The notes: a model not told the origin generated them from the sequence alone. A DNA stretch of 64,000 nucleotides from Candidatus Uhrbacteria bacterium (GCA_018673485.1 JABHCP010000005.1:64102-128101), one strand, 5' to 3'. Positions 47,766 to 60,614 are shown, counted from the first letter of the stretch. Made by a program: numbers and translations.

Positions 47766-49067
47766 ATGAAAAAAATCTTTATTACCGGTGGAAAGCCACT
47801 TAGTGGGGAAGTACAAATTGTGGGTGCTAAAAATGGTGCATCAAAAATGATTCTCGCTTCTTTGCTTACCGACGAGGAAGTCATTTTGCACAACGTGCCG
47901 TTGCAGCAAGAAACAGATATTGCGCGTGAGATGATTCACACCTTTGGTGGTGAAAGTTCCGTGAGTGATCATTCACTTTCAATCAAGGTTCCTGAGATTA
48001 CTCAAACATCGGCTATAGAAATGTCACGGCGTAATAGGCTGTCGATTTTAACAGTTGCACCTTTGTTGCACCGCGCTGGTGAGGCTTATGTTCCAAAGCC
48101 AGAGGGTGATCAGATCGGACCGCGACCAGTGAATTTTCACCTAGACGCTTTGGAGAAGATGGGTGCTGTAATCGAGGATTCGCCAGAGGCTCATGTGGTG
48201 AAAGCTCCAAACGGACTTAAGGGTGCAAAGATCGAACTCCCATATCCTTCAGTCGGAGCTACTGAGACTGTTTTGTTCGCCGCAGTACTTGCAGAGGGGA
48301 GAACCGTAATTAAGAATTCTGCGATCGAACCAGAAATCATTTCGCTTATCATGATGTTGCAGAAGATGGGCGCAATTATCCAGCGAGGAGTTGGACGTTA
48401 CATTGAAGTGATTGGAGTTGAGAAGTTAAACGGATGCACTCATCGGGTTTTGCCCGACAGGCTTGAGGCCGCATCTTACGCATGCATTGCACTTGCAACA
48501 CGTGGAGAAATTTATTGTCGTGGCGCTGGGCATTCGAGCATGATCACATTCCTTAATGCAGTTCGCAGAATCGGTGGTGAGTATGTGGTTGATCAGGATG
48601 GAATTTTGTTTAAGGGATCGGATAAATATAAGGGGATTGAACTTGAAACAGATACACATCCCGGATTTGCAACAGATTGGCAGCAGCCGTTTGTTGTAGC
48701 GCTTACTCAGGCAGAGGGTACATCGGTTGTGCACGAAACTGTCTATCAAGAAAGATTTGGATATACTGAGTCATTGAACGAGATGGGTGCAGATATTACT
48801 CTTTCAGAAAAATGTTTAGGTGAGATGCCATGTCGATTTGCTGGGGAGAACTATAAGCACTCAGCTGTTATTAAAGGGCCGACTCCGTTGAAGGCTTCAA
48901 AGATGACAGTGCCGGATATTCGAGCTGGGCTTGCTTATGTGGCGGCAGCGCTTGCTGCTGAAGGGACGTCAGAGATTGATGGAGTAGGTCACCTGGAGCG
49001 TGGATACGAAAATTTGTACGGAAAACTTAAATCAATTGGAGCGGATCTTGAGATCCGGGAGGAATAA
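47766..49067 (+). CDS. murA: UDP-N-acetylglucosamine 1-carboxyvinyltransferase
   Basis: N-terminal KIFITGGKPLSGEVQIVGAKN; EPT fold length. Confidence 0.9.
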   Translation: MKKIFITGGKPLSGEVQIVGAKNGASKMILASLLTDEEVILHNVPLQQETDIAREMIHTFGGESSVSDHSLSIKVPEITQTSAIEMSRRNRLSILTVAPLLHRAGEAYVPKPEGDQIGPRPVNFHLDALEKMGAVIEDSPEAHVVKAPNGLKGAKIELPYPSVGATETVLFAAVLAEGRTVIKNSAIEPEIISLIMMLQKMGAIIQRGVGRYIEVIGVEKLNGCTHRVLPDRLEAASYACIALATRGEIYCRGAGHSSMITFLNAVRRIGGEYVVDQDGILFKGSDKYKGIELETDTHPGFATDWQQPFVVALTQAEGTSVVHETVYQERFGYTESLNEMGADITLSEKCLGEMPCRFAGENYKHSAVIKGPTPLKASKMTVPDIRAGLAYVAAALAAEGTSEIDGVGHLERGYENLYGKLKSIGADLEIREE

Positions 49068-49069
49068 TT

Positions 49070-49744
49070 ATGATCTTATCTTTAATAGCCCAGCAACCAA
49101 TGTTGCTCGTTGTTTGGCTGGCAGCAATTTTGATCTCGTTAACTGTGCATGAGTTTTCTCACGCATGGATGGCGAATATGAAGGGGGATAAAACAGCGGA
49201 GCTTGCTGGAAGGCTAACCTTGAACCCTTTAGCGCACATCGACTGGATGGGAATGCTTTTGCTCGTTACGTTTGGATTTGGTTGGGCAAAGCCAGTGCCA
49301 TTCAACCCTTACAATTTGAAGGACCCAAAAATCGATGCTTTGTGGATTGCCCTTGCCGGACCGATTTCCAATTTGGTAATGGCGACCTTGGCCGCGACCG
49401 TGCTGCGTGGTTTGCTTACCGCCGGGATGTTCGCGCAAGTTGATATGCTTTTTGCGTTTTTGGTATTGCTCATCATTATCAATTTGTTCCTGATGTTCTT
49501 TAACTTGATCCCAATTTATCCGTTAGATGGCTCAAAGATTCTTGATGCAATACTTATAAAGCCAGAGCATCAAAAAATAAAAATCCAGATCATGACATAT
49601 GGTCCACGCGTACTATTTGGACTAGTAATTTTATCAATAGTAACTTCATTCAACATTTTCTTTTTCGTAAGCGCCCCATCGTACGGAGTTTGTTCTGCTT
49701 TGGTCGGACAAAATTGTCAGTACTTACTAGCGTTGATTTTTTAA
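49070..49744 (+). CDS. site-2 protease-family (M50) membrane metalloprotease
   Basis: HEFSHAWMA (HExxH) and NLIPIYPLDG motifs. Confidence 0.75.
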   Translation: MILSLIAQQPMLLVVWLAAILISLTVHEFSHAWMANMKGDKTAELAGRLTLNPLAHIDWMGMLLLVTFGFGWAKPVPFNPYNLKDPKIDALWIALAGPISNLVMATLAATVLRGLLTAGMFAQVDMLFAFLVLLIIINLFLMFFNLIPIYPLDGSKILDAILIKPEHQKIKIQIMTYGPRVLFGLVILSIVTSFNIFFFVSAPSYGVCSALVGQNCQYLLALIF

Positions 49745-50140
49745 AAAGTAATACCCACCGGACACGAGGTCCGGTGGGTGAAGTTTTGCGGTGCCTTTCG
49801 GCGCCGCGTGTACCATCTGGGCATGATCTCGATCAGGCCGATCCATTCAGACTTCCACATCACGACTTTGCTGTGTGGCTTTTTTTGTTTTGCCTACGGT
49901 TTATCCGATTCACAGTTATTACGCTCAGTTTCGGTCAACGCCTGCCTCTGACTTTAGCGGGCTGTCGAAGTTCGTGCTCAGTAAGGTGATACGGCTTTCT
50001 CGGGCGGGGTTGGGCTAGTTCCCAGTGCGGTCGCTTTCGCAATGCAACGCGTTCGCGCTGACGCCCCAAAGGGCGATTTCCATGTAGTTGCTCATGGCTC
50101 GATTAGTATAAATCGAAATGTATAAAGATTCAATAAAAGC

Positions 50141-50196
50141 AGAACGACCCCACAGCGCTTAGTAGCGGTGCGGGGTCGGAGTCGTAGAGATGTTCG
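50141..50196 (-). terminator. terminator module agcagaacgaccccac with hairpin ccccacagcgcttagtagcggtgcgggg
   Basis: Second copy of the module at 51404..51445, after the next minus-strand gene. Confidence 0.6.
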
Positions 50197-51342
50197 CTAG
50201 AACATCATGGCGTTGCCCGTGAGAGGGATGCCATCGATGAGGTCGCCGTAGAAGGTGTCGCTGCCAGCGGCGTAGTAGCTCCACTCCAGATCGGTGACGT
50301 TGAACTGGGTCGAATCATCGCTGGCAGCACTTGCTCCTGTGGAGTCGAAGTACAGCGAGTAAGTGTACGTAATGCCAGCATTGACGATCTCGCCGAGGTT
50401 TCCGATCACGGCGTAGTCCAGGATGTCACTAGGTGCCGAGGAGCACTCGGTGCCGTCGGCGGTGTGGAAGCTCCAGTCGAGGTCGGCGTCGAGCTCCAAG
50501 CTGGTGCCGTACATGTTCAGGTTGTAGACCGCAAACCAGGCGGGGTCGGCGAGCATGGCACAGGTGTTCCAGCCAGTACCGGCGTTGTCCGTGGAGTTGA
50601 ACTCGAAGGTGAAGCCATCGAGCGGGTCAATGTCGCCACCGGAGTCGGCGCTGAGGTTGAACCGCAGTACTTCTTGCATACCGGGGATGCTCGTGCCCGA
50701 GGGGCTGTAGGAACTCAGAGCGATCGTCGGCTCGGTGATGTGCCAAACCATCTCGGTACCCTCGACGTAGTCGGTCATGGCGCGGTGGTTGTAGCTGTTT
50801 CCGCTGTAGATGCCCGTGGCCACGGCTCCTGCGTCGGACCAGTTGAGCTGCATGGTCATGCCGGGTGTGGCGACGGTCTCGGCGGTGGCGACCACGTAGA
50901 CTGCCATGATCGCGCGGCTACGTGCACAGCGCGGGATGTACATGTCCTCGTTGATGAAGGTAGCGGTGCCTCCCGAGGAGAGCGCCGCACTTGACGTGAC
51001 CAGCGATCCGCTGGTGTCCCTGTATTCCACGGTCACCGCATAGACGGTCTGGTGATCACCGTCGTTCTCGAGCACGAAGTCCATGAGTCCCAGTCGCTCG
51101 CCACTCGAGCAGAATTGGAAGATGCTCACGACCTGTCTGTCACCTGCGAGGATGATGTTCTCGCTCATGGCCGGGTGGCCAGAGACGCGCATACGCGACC
51201 GACGTGGCGGCGGCGCTGCAGTCGGCGCGGACTTCTCGTTCGCGACTGACTCATCAGCGTAGTGGTTGAACATCGGCTCGATCGGGCTGCACGCGACAGC
51301 CAGGATCAGGACCAGGAAGGAGAGAAGGGTCAGGTGTCGCAT
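50197..51342 (-). CDS. secreted lipoprotein (lipobox LAVAC), Ser/Thr/Gly-rich, high-GC cassette
   Basis: Signal peptide MRHLTLLSFLVLILAVAC; no catalytic motif recognised. Confidence 0.55.
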   Translation of the reverse strand: MRHLTLLSFLVLILAVACSPIEPMFNHYADESVANEKSAPTAAPPPRRSRMRVSGHPAMSENIILAGDRQVVSIFQFCSSGERLGLMDFVLENDGDHQTVYAVTVEYRDTSGSLVTSSAALSSGGTATFINEDMYIPRCARSRAIMAVYVVATAETVATPGMTMQLNWSDAGAVATGIYSGNSYNHRAMTDYVEGTEMVWHITEPTIALSSYSPSGTSIPGMQEVLRFNLSADSGGDIDPLDGFTFEFNSTDNAGTGWNTCAMLADPAWFAVYNLNMYGTSLELDADLDWSFHTADGTECSSAPSDILDYAVIGNLGEIVNAGITYTYSLYFDSTGASAASDDSTQFNVTDLEWSYYAAGSDTFYGDLIDGIPLTGNAMMF

Positions 51343-51472
51343 GACGTTCCTTAGTCAAGCTCGGCATTGAGCGCGCTAAAAATAGCGCTTTTTTTGCTTT
51401 TTGTCAATGCTAGAAGCAGAACGACCCCACGCCGTGTGTGGCGGGAGGTCGAGGGGAGTGGTGATCGAGTTT

Positions 51473-51841
51473 CTAGCCCAGCGGCAACTGTTCGGGCGGG
51501 CCTTCGGATTCGTAGTCGTTGACGAAGTCATCCTGCGGCAGTGTGGGCGGGCCTTCACTCGGGATGCACTGTTCCATGAGCTTGGGGCGGTGTTTCTCGA
51601 ACGCTGTGATGACGAGCTTGATGTGGTTCGTGAAGTTCTGATCTGACATGTAGTTGGACATGAACCAGCCCCACATCTCATCGATAATCTCATCGGTGAT
51701 GTACCAAGATTCAACCATCATGGCGAAATCTTTGGCTGCATGCTCGCAGCTATATTTCTTTCCTTTATACTTGAGTTGAGCTTTGCGTCTGCTCAGGTAG
51801 ACATCGACGAGTAGTCTGATTAACCAGTTGATGAGTTTCAT
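51473..51841 (-). CDS. hypothetical protein; 5' half AT-rich, 3' half GC-rich
   Basis: ORF with a composition shift in the middle; weak. Confidence 0.35.
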   Translation of the reverse strand: MKLINWLIRLLVDVYLSRRKAQLKYKGKKYSCEHAAKDFAMMVESWYITDEIIDEMWGWFMSNYMSDQNFTNHIKLVITAFEKHRPKLMEQCIPSEGPPTLPQDDFVNDYESEGPPEQLPLG

Positions 51842-51963
51842 GTGTACCTCAGGGTTGGGGGGAAGAGCAGTTTTGCGAACAGAGCAATGTAGCCTAATTT
51901 TAGCATAAAGTCAAGGGAATGCTAGCGGTACTCGTAGGGTCGATAGGATAGCCGAAAAGTGCC

Positions 51964-52002
51964 GGCAACCCCCTCCAGCTCCCCCTTGGGAAGGGGGAGA
52001 GT
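51964..52002. repeat. GC-rich hairpin element, copy 3 (ggcaaccccctccagctcccccttgggaagggggag), upstream of rpsL
   Basis: See 1512..1550. Confidence 0.7.
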
Positions 52003-52082
52003 CGTGTTCACAGTTAAGACATTGACCTATTTTAGGGCCCGTGGTACTCTACCGCCGTATTTTCATGAAATCTTAGACCATT

Positions 52083-52502
52083 ATGCCAACAATCAATCAA
52101 TTGATTCGAAAGGGACGAAAGCAGGTAAAGACCAAGTCAAAAGCACCTGCAATGCAGTTCACTACAGATACACTTCACCGAAAGCGCACAGAGTTGCGTC
52201 GTGGAGCTCCATTTAAGCGTGGAGTATGTGTTCGTGTATATACAACTACTCCAAAGAAACCGAACTCAGCTTTGCGAAAAGTTGCACGTGTTCGACTTTC
52301 AAACGGGTCTGAAGTTATCGCTTATATTCCAGGAGAAGGTCACAACTTGCAGGAGCACTCTATTGTAATGATTCGTGGAGGAAAGATTAAAGATCTTCCA
52401 GGTGTGCGTTACACAATTGTGCGTGGACGATATGATACAACTGGAATCGAAGGACGAACAAAGTCTCGTTCTCGTTACGGAACGAAGAAGCCTAAGAAAT
52501 AG
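52083..52502 (+). CDS. rpsL: 30S ribosomal protein S12
   Basis: [12 protein letters not shown]...[16 protein letters not shown]. Confidence 0.95.
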   Translation: MPTINQLIRKGRKQVKTKSKAPAMQFTTDTLHRKRTELRRGAPFKRGVCVRVYTTTPKKPNSALRKVARVRLSNGSEVIAYIPGEGHNLQEHSIVMIRGGKIKDLPGVRYTIVRGRYDTTGIEGRTKSRSRYGTKKPKK

Positions 52503-52628
52503 ATCTGAGGTGTAGGTCAGATAGGACCTATAAGACTAGTAGGACCAGTGATAAAAGTAAAAAATTATTCATCGCTCTAGTACTGCCACTACGCGGCAGG
52601 AAATTACAGAGCAAACTAACATAAAAAT

Positions 52629-53099
52629 ATGCGTGGAAAGCAAGCCCCAAAGCGAAATTTGTTGCCGGACTATAAGTACGGCAATGTTTTAGTTACAAAA
52701 CTTATTAACTACGTGATGCTTGATGGTAAGAAAATTGCTGCCGAGAAGATCGTATACCGAGCACTTGAGATCGCGGCTGAGAAGTCAAAGAAGGAAGCAA
52801 TGGATGTGTTTGATGAGGCAATGAAGAACATTATGCCGTCAGTTGAGGTTCGATCACGTCGTGTTGGAGGAGCAAACTATCAGATTCCAATGCCAGTTCG
52901 TGCAGAGCGACGAGTTGCTCTTGCATACCGATGGATTTTGGAAGCTGCTCGAGCAAAAAAGGGAAAGCCAATGGCAGAAAAGTTGGCTGGAGAATTATTG
53001 GCTGCTGCAGAGGGTGAGGGTGAAGCAGTAAAGAAGAAGCTTGACGTTCAACGAATGGCAGAGGCAAACAAGGCGTTTGCTCACTTTGCTCGAAGATAA
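52629..53099 (+). CDS. rpsG: 30S ribosomal protein S7
   Basis: Typical S7 sequence. Confidence 0.95.
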   Translation: MRGKQAPKRNLLPDYKYGNVLVTKLINYVMLDGKKIAAEKIVYRALEIAAEKSKKEAMDVFDEAMKNIMPSVEVRSRRVGGANYQIPMPVRAERRVALAYRWILEAARAKKGKPMAEKLAGELLAAAEGEGEAVKKKLDVQRMAEANKAFAHFARR

Positions 53100-53122
53100 T
53101 CTTTTCAAATTAAACATTTTTT

Positions 53123-55225
<2,103 letters not shown>

Positions 55226-55230
55226 AAATA

Positions 55231-55263
55231 GTACGCAGTTCGCAGTGCTCAGTACACAGACAG
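55231..55263 (+). repeat. heptamer CAG repeats (gtacgcag-ttcgcag-tgctcag-tacacag-acag) after the fusA stop
   Basis: See 14302. Confidence 0.55.
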
Positions 55264-55429
55264 AATAAAAGAACTCGTCGAGTGATCGGCGGGTTTTTTG
55301 TATACGCACTTGTTATCCCCGACCCCGAGCGGGGATCCATCAGCTATCGATCTTGATCTTGGTTTTATTACGTGCTAATCTCACTTTCCGTTCCATGTGG
55401 TGCAAACCACGCAACTCAAGGAGGCTTTC

Positions 55430-55837
55430 ATGCCTATCGTCAAGGTTTATGGTGTTCCTAACAGCATCGATGAGAATGTGTTGGAGATATTTGTAGCAGG
55501 GGTCCGAAATGTTCTTCCGCTCGTGACTCAGCTTGGCATTACGAGCGAGAACGTTACTGTCTTTCTGGTCCCCGATATGCTTCAGAAGGGGCTTGGTGAG
55601 GAGGTTTGCGTCGAGGTGGTTGGTCTCTTCGACAAGCCTGAAAGGAGTGACGCGGTGCGTCAGCGAGTCGCGATTCATCTGGCTTATACCGTACACACTC
55701 ATCTTGCTTCTCATCTGCCACAGCTCGAGCTCATAGAGGTGCTTGTGCCCAAGTTTGATCAGGCCGAGAGCGGCTTTGGTCGCTGGCACAAGGCTGATGG
55801 CTTCTCCCGTGAAAAAGACGACGGTTTTCCGCGGTAA
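55430..55837 (+). CDS. tautomerase-superfamily-like protein (Met-Pro N-terminus), high-GC cassette inserted between fusA and tuf
   Basis: aaggaggctttcATG Shine-Dalgarno; MPIVKVYGVP resembles the 4-OT/MIF N-terminus with catalytic Pro1; tentative. Confidence 0.4.
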   Translation: MPIVKVYGVPNSIDENVLEIFVAGVRNVLPLVTQLGITSENVTVFLVPDMLQKGLGEEVCVEVVGLFDKPERSDAVRQRVAIHLAYTVHTHLASHLPQLELIEVLVPKFDQAESGFGRWHKADGFSREKDDGFPR

Positions 55838-56156
55838 GGATAGACCTAGTTCTAAAAGATCTTTCAGCGCTCCGCTCTCATGCGGGCGCTTTTGCTTCTA
55901 TGAAAATATTTTTCATTAAGGTCGCGATCGGCCCTTTAGTGAAAAATATTCATGCTTCAAATGTGTAACGATCGCGTCAAATGTGAAGCATGAAGAAAAA
56001 AAGTTTTCCACACTTTGTTTTTGATTTTTGAGTTAACTTTATACAATGAATAGTGCTGACTGGGTCAATGTAGTGGGAAAACCCTTGCTGGGGTTTATTG
56101 TCAAACAGGCCAACGTGGCAGTGGTAGGGTTCAACCCAGCGATCTAGGAGGTCGTT

Positions 56157-56405
56157 ATGACGAGAGCCAGACTCACTGCCCGTAATCGAGAAGTAACCTG
56201 TGGTGCTGGCGGCTTAGTACCACCGGGGGTTCGCATACCTCCACCAGTTCACTGTCCCGATCGACCCACGGTTCGGAATACAGGAGAACGAAGCAATCGC
56301 GAAAAGCCGAATGCCTGGGAGGAGATCTGGGGTGCACGTGACATGATCGCTCTCGCTGAGCTGTCTTCCGTGTTCGCTAGTGGTACACCTCCACCGATTG
56401 CCTGA
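56157..56405 (+). CDS. hypothetical Pro/Arg-rich protein, high GC
   Basis: ctaggaggtcgttATG Shine-Dalgarno. Confidence 0.35.
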   Translation: MTRARLTARNREVTCGAGGLVPPGVRIPPPVHCPDRPTVRNTGERSNREKPNAWEEIWGARDMIALAELSSVFASGTPPPIA

Positions 56406-56518
56406 CCTGGTTCTTGCGTCCTTCTTGGGAGATCCCTCGGAGGACGTTAGCTTATCCAAAAGTTTTTTCAGCTAGCGTGCTCTTGATTTTTTATCTAAGT
56501 GATATAATATTGGCTTAT

Positions 56519-56902
56519 ATGGAAAAGCATCAATTAGATCGTATAATGCGCATCGCGCAAAAAACTCAATCACCGGTAATTGTACTGGATGAAAATCAGG
56601 AGGAAGTCGTTATTTTGCCACTCACTGCCTATGAAGAGCTCATAGATGGTTATAGCGAAGATGAGATGGAATTACCTGCCGAGTTCTTTACCGACGAAGA
56701 TTTTCAGGAAATTTTGGAAGACTCTGGAACCGAAGAGTTGTTAAGTGAGCCGGTTTTGGAATCGTCAGAAATGGCATTTGAGGGATCGGAAGGGGAGACT
56801 GAGGATCTAGGTGGTGCAAATAAGGGCTTTGAAGTTGAAAAAGAGCTTGAAGAAGGGCATGATTTGTCTGAAGAACAGTTCTACTTGGAACCTGTAGAAT
56901 AG
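56519..56902 (+). CDS. acidic protein with a Phd/YefM-like N-terminal segment
   Basis: SPVIVLDENQEEVVILPLTAYEEL resembles the antitoxin N-terminus; Glu/Asp-rich tail; TTGATT..TATAAT promoter; no toxin partner. Confidence 0.45.
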   Translation: MEKHQLDRIMRIAQKTQSPVIVLDENQEEVVILPLTAYEELIDGYSEDEMELPAEFFTDEDFQEILEDSGTEELLSEPVLESSEMAFEGSEGETEDLGGANKGFEVEKELEEGHDLSEEQFYLEPVE

Positions 56903-57067
56903 CGCTGAAATTCGCCAAGAATTTGGGAATAAACCTATTCACAGGCAATGCACAGTCTGGGGCTTGCATAATTCCGCCAACTTTGTTATCATCTCGGCGT
57001 TTGATGGGTATGTTTATTTGCCCAAAAATGAGCCAAAAATTAATATATTACTCTTAGTTTAAATAAT

Positions 57068-58243
57068 ATGGCAGAACAGTTTGACCGTTCTAAACCAAAC
57101 GTTAACGTTGGAACAATCGGGCACGTTGACCATGGTAAGACTACGCTAACAGCAGCGTTGTCAAGTCTTTTTTCACCAGCAGATCAGAAGAAAGCTTTTG
57201 ATCAGATCGATAAGGCTCCAGAGGAGCGAGAGCGTGGAATTACAATTTCTACATCTCACGTAGAGTATGAGTCAGAGGCTCGTCACTTTGCACACGTTGA
57301 CTGTCCAGGACACGCTGACTACGTAAAGAACATGATTACGGGTGCAGCGCAGATGGATGGTGCTATTTTAGTTGTATCAGCTGCTGATGGACCTATGCCA
57401 CAGACCCGAGAGCACATTTTGCTAGCGCGTCAGGTTGGAGTACCAGCAATGGTTGTTTACATGAACAAGACTGACATGGTTGATGATCCAGAGCTAGTTG
57501 ATCTTGTTGAAGAAGAGATTCGAGATCTATTGAAGCAGTATGAATTCCCTGGAGATGAAACTCCAATTATTCGTGGATCAGCTCTTAAGGCAATTGAAGG
57601 TGACGAGGAAGCTGTTAACTCAATCAAGGAGCTTGTAAAGGTTCTTGATGAGTACATTCCAGAGCCAACTCGTGATACTGACAAGCCTTTCCTAATGCCT
57701 ATTGAGGATGTTTTCTCAATTGAAGGACGTGGAACGGTTGTAACTGGACGAATTGACCGTGGAATTTTGAACTTAAACGATGAAGTTGAAATCATCGGAT
57801 TGGGTGAAACTCGAAAGACAGTTATCACTGGAATCGAGATGTTTAACAAGATGCTTGATAAAGGAATGGCCGGAGATAACGCTGGAATTCTATTGCGTGG
57901 AATCAAAAAGGAAGAAGTTGAGCGCGGAATGGTGCTTGCAGCTATTGGATCAGTAAAACCTCATACTAAGTTTGAAGCTAAAGTATATGCTTTGACTAAG
58001 GAAGAAGGTGGACGACACAAGCCATTTTTCAAGGGATACAAGCCACAGTTCTATATTCGAACAACAGATGTAACAGGAGAGGTATCTGAGTTAACTGGAG
58101 CAGAAATGGTAATGCCTGGTGACACTACAAACCTTACTGTTGAGCTTGGTAAAGCAGTAGCGATTGAGGAGCAAATGCGTTTCGCTATCCGAGAGGGTGG
58201 ACGAACCGTTGGAGCTGGAACAGTAACAAAGATTATTGAGTAA
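57068..58243 (+). CDS. tuf: elongation factor Tu
   Basis: [25 protein letters not shown]. Confidence 0.95.
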   Translation: MAEQFDRSKPNVNVGTIGHVDHGKTTLTAALSSLFSPADQKKAFDQIDKAPEERERGITISTSHVEYESEARHFAHVDCPGHADYVKNMITGAAQMDGAILVVSAADGPMPQTREHILLARQVGVPAMVVYMNKTDMVDDPELVDLVEEEIRDLLKQYEFPGDETPIIRGSALKAIEGDEEAVNSIKELVKVLDEYIPEPTRDTDKPFLMPIEDVFSIEGRGTVVTGRIDRGILNLNDEVEIIGLGETRKTVITGIEMFNKMLDKGMAGDNAGILLRGIKKEEVERGMVLAAIGSVKPHTKFEAKVYALTKEEGGRHKPFFKGYKPQFYIRTTDVTGEVSELTGAEMVMPGDTTNLTVELGKAVAIEEQMRFAIREGGRTVGAGTVTKIIE

Positions 58244-58307
58244 TATGCATTGCGAGGAAAGGCCTGAATTGGCCTTTCCTCGCTTGGCTTAATCACACGT
58301 ACCTTGT

Positions 58308-58637
58308 ATGGCAAACGCAGAGAAAAAAGAACAGAAGACACGAATTCGAATAAAGATTCGTGCTTATGATCACAAGTTGATCGACACAGCGGCAGAGACA
58401 ATCATCAAGACTGTCAAAAGAAGTGGAGCAGATGCAATTGGTCCAGTACCACTTCCAACTGAGCGGCGTCGATATACAGTGAACCGATCAACATTCGTTC
58501 ACAAGAAATCTCGTGATCAGTATGAAATGCGTATTCACAAACGTCTCATTGACATAGTTAATTCTGGAGAGACAACAATCGACTCACTCACATCATTGAA
58601 CCTACCGTCAGGAGTGGATGTCGAGATAAAAATGTAA
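58308..58637 (+). CDS. rpsJ: 30S ribosomal protein S10
   Basis: IRIKIRAYDHKLID. Confidence 0.9.
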   Translation: MANAEKKEQKTRIRIKIRAYDHKLIDTAAETIIKTVKRSGADAIGPVPLPTERRRYTVNRSTFVHKKSRDQYEMRIHKRLIDIVNSGETTIDSLTSLNLPSGVDVEIKM

Positions 58638-58943
58638 TTAATTAGGCTTGATCTGTGAGCCTGCAAGAGTATAGAGAGAAATTCTTGTAGGCTTATAGGA
58701 AAGCGCAACGATCATTTTGAATCTGAACCGGGAAGAAAGATCTATATGAAAACCTTCCTGACGATTTAGACAAAGTGCGAAAGGACCCCGCCTCATAAAA
58801 ATCAAGATCCCCTAAAGTTTAACTATACTTAAGGGCTAGAAGCCTTTTAATGCATGTAATAGCGCGTTGAAAGACTTCTGGTTTTTATGTAACTCAAGCA
58901 CTAGCTTGTAGAAAACCTCTAAAGATCAAGTTTAATGAAATGT

Positions 58944-59564
58944 ATGAAAGCCATCATCGGAAAAAAAATCGAGATGACACAGGTATTTAAGGACGATGGA
59001 ACAGTCGTACCTGTTACACTCGTGCAAGCAGGACCTTGCATTGTTATTGAGGTTCGTGAGTACCAAGACAGAAAAGCAGTTGTCGTTGGTTTCGGAAACA
59101 GAAATAAGATTGCTAAGCCTCAGCAAAAGCAGTGGGGTGATTTGGGATCTTTTTCACATGTTTGTGAGCTTGGAATACCAGAAGGTGAAGAGTTGAAAAG
59201 AGGAGATGAAATCAACCTTTCGGTATTTGAACAAGGAGATACAGTGGATGCAGTTGGAATCTCTAAAGGAAAAGGATTTCAAGGTGTTGTAAAACGACAT
59301 AGATTCAAAGGAGGCCCAGCATCTCATGGACATAAAGATCAGTTGCGTATGCCAGGATCTATTGGAGCAGGTGGTCCACAACATGTTTTTAAAGGAAAGA
59401 AGATGCCAGGTCGAATGGGAGGAGAGCGCGTAACAGTTAAGAATCTTGAAATAGTACAGGTTAATGAGAAAGATGGCGTTCTGGCAATTAAAGGTGCTAT
59501 TCCAGGTTCTCGTGGAAGTATTATTCAAATTATTGGAACTCAAGGAAGTATATGGCAAAAGTAG
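58944..59564 (+). CDS. rplC: 50S ribosomal protein L3
   Basis: MKAIIGKKIEMTQVF; an alternative ATG lies at 58935. Confidence 0.9.
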   Translation: MKAIIGKKIEMTQVFKDDGTVVPVTLVQAGPCIVIEVREYQDRKAVVVGFGNRNKIAKPQQKQWGDLGSFSHVCELGIPEGEELKRGDEINLSVFEQGDTVDAVGISKGKGFQGVVKRHRFKGGPASHGHKDQLRMPGSIGAGGPQHVFKGKKMPGRMGGERVTVKNLEIVQVNEKDGVLAIKGAIPGSRGSIIQIIGTQGSIWQK

Positions 59565-60178
59565 ACGTATATAAAATCGATGGATCCAAGACAGAAACTT
59601 TCGAGTTGCCTGATCACTTGTTTAAAGTGAAGGCATCAAACGATATAGTTGCTGAAGCTTTGCGAGCCCAGGAAGCAAATTCACGGATCACATACGCTGA
59701 CACCAAAGATCGAAGTGAAGTTCGTGGTGGTGGAAGAAAGCCGTGGAAGCAGAAGGGAACTGGACGAGCACGACACGGATCTAGCCGATCTCCAATTTGG
59801 ATTGGTGGTGGAGTTACCTTTGGACCAACTAAATTCCGAAACTTTACGCTAAAGATCAATAAGAAAGCACGGAAGAAAGCTTTGGCTGTGGTTCTATCAG
59901 ATAAGGTTTCATCAGGCTTATTGATTGTTGTAGAGGGTCTGTCAGATGTTAATGCAACAAGTGTAGCTGCTAAGATGCGAAAGGCATTACCTGGATCAGA
60001 TTCATCAGCTGTAATAGTTTGCGCAGGGGACGAAAAGGTTGCTGTTCGAGCATCTCGAAATCTGCCAAAAACAGGATCAATTGCAGCTCATAGCTTGAAT
60101 GTACGAGATCTTCTCAAGTATGAATATGTTATTGCATCAAAGGCAGCGGTTCAGAAAATGATTGAAGTATACGCATAA
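59552..60178 (+). CDS. rplD: 50S ribosomal protein L4
   Basis: Sequence typical of L4. Confidence 0.9.
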   Translation: MAKVDVYKIDGSKTETFELPDHLFKVKASNDIVAEALRAQEANSRITYADTKDRSEVRGGGRKPWKQKGTGRARHGSSRSPIWIGGGVTFGPTKFRNFTLKINKKARKKALAVVLSDKVSSGLLIVVEGLSDVNATSVAAKMRKALPGSDSSAVIVCAGDEKVAVRASRNLPKTGSIAAHSLNVRDLLKYEYVIASKAAVQKMIEVYA

Positions 60179-60179
60179 T

Positions 60180-60611
60180 ATGGCACTTCTAAAAAAGAAA
60201 AAGCAGGAAATCAAAGAGGAGGTCGCAGCAAAAGCTGAGGCTGAGCCTAAGGTTGAGAAAAAAACTATTGCAAAACCAGCTGCAAAAAAAGCTGTTGCTA
60301 AAAAGAAGAGTAAGCGTGGGATCTCAAAGAAAGCATTGACTATATTTGTGCGACCACTTGTTACTGAGAAAACTGCGGCATTGTCTGACAAGAATGTAAT
60401 GGTATTTGAAGTAGCTCGTGGATCAAATAGAGTTGAAATTAAAAATGCATTTAACGAACTTTACGGAGTTGTGCCAACAAAGGTAAATGTGCTAAATATG
60501 CGTGGAAAGCGTGTACTATTTGGCCGAGTGATTGGAAAGCGAAAGGATTGGAGGAAGGCCATGATTACACTTCCAAAGGGCGTTAATGTAGATATTTTTG
60601 AAGGAATTTAA
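60180..60611 (+). CDS. rplW: 50S ribosomal protein L23 with a Lys/Ala-rich N-terminal extension
   Basis: C-terminal L23 core. Confidence 0.85.
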   Translation: MALLKKKKQEIKEEVAAKAEAEPKVEKKTIAKPAAKKAVAKKKSKRGISKKALTIFVRPLVTEKTAALSDKNVMVFEVARGSNRVEIKNAFNELYGVVPTKVNVLNMRGKRVLFGRVIGKRKDWRKAMITLPKGVNVDIFEGI

Positions 60612-60614
60612 AGT

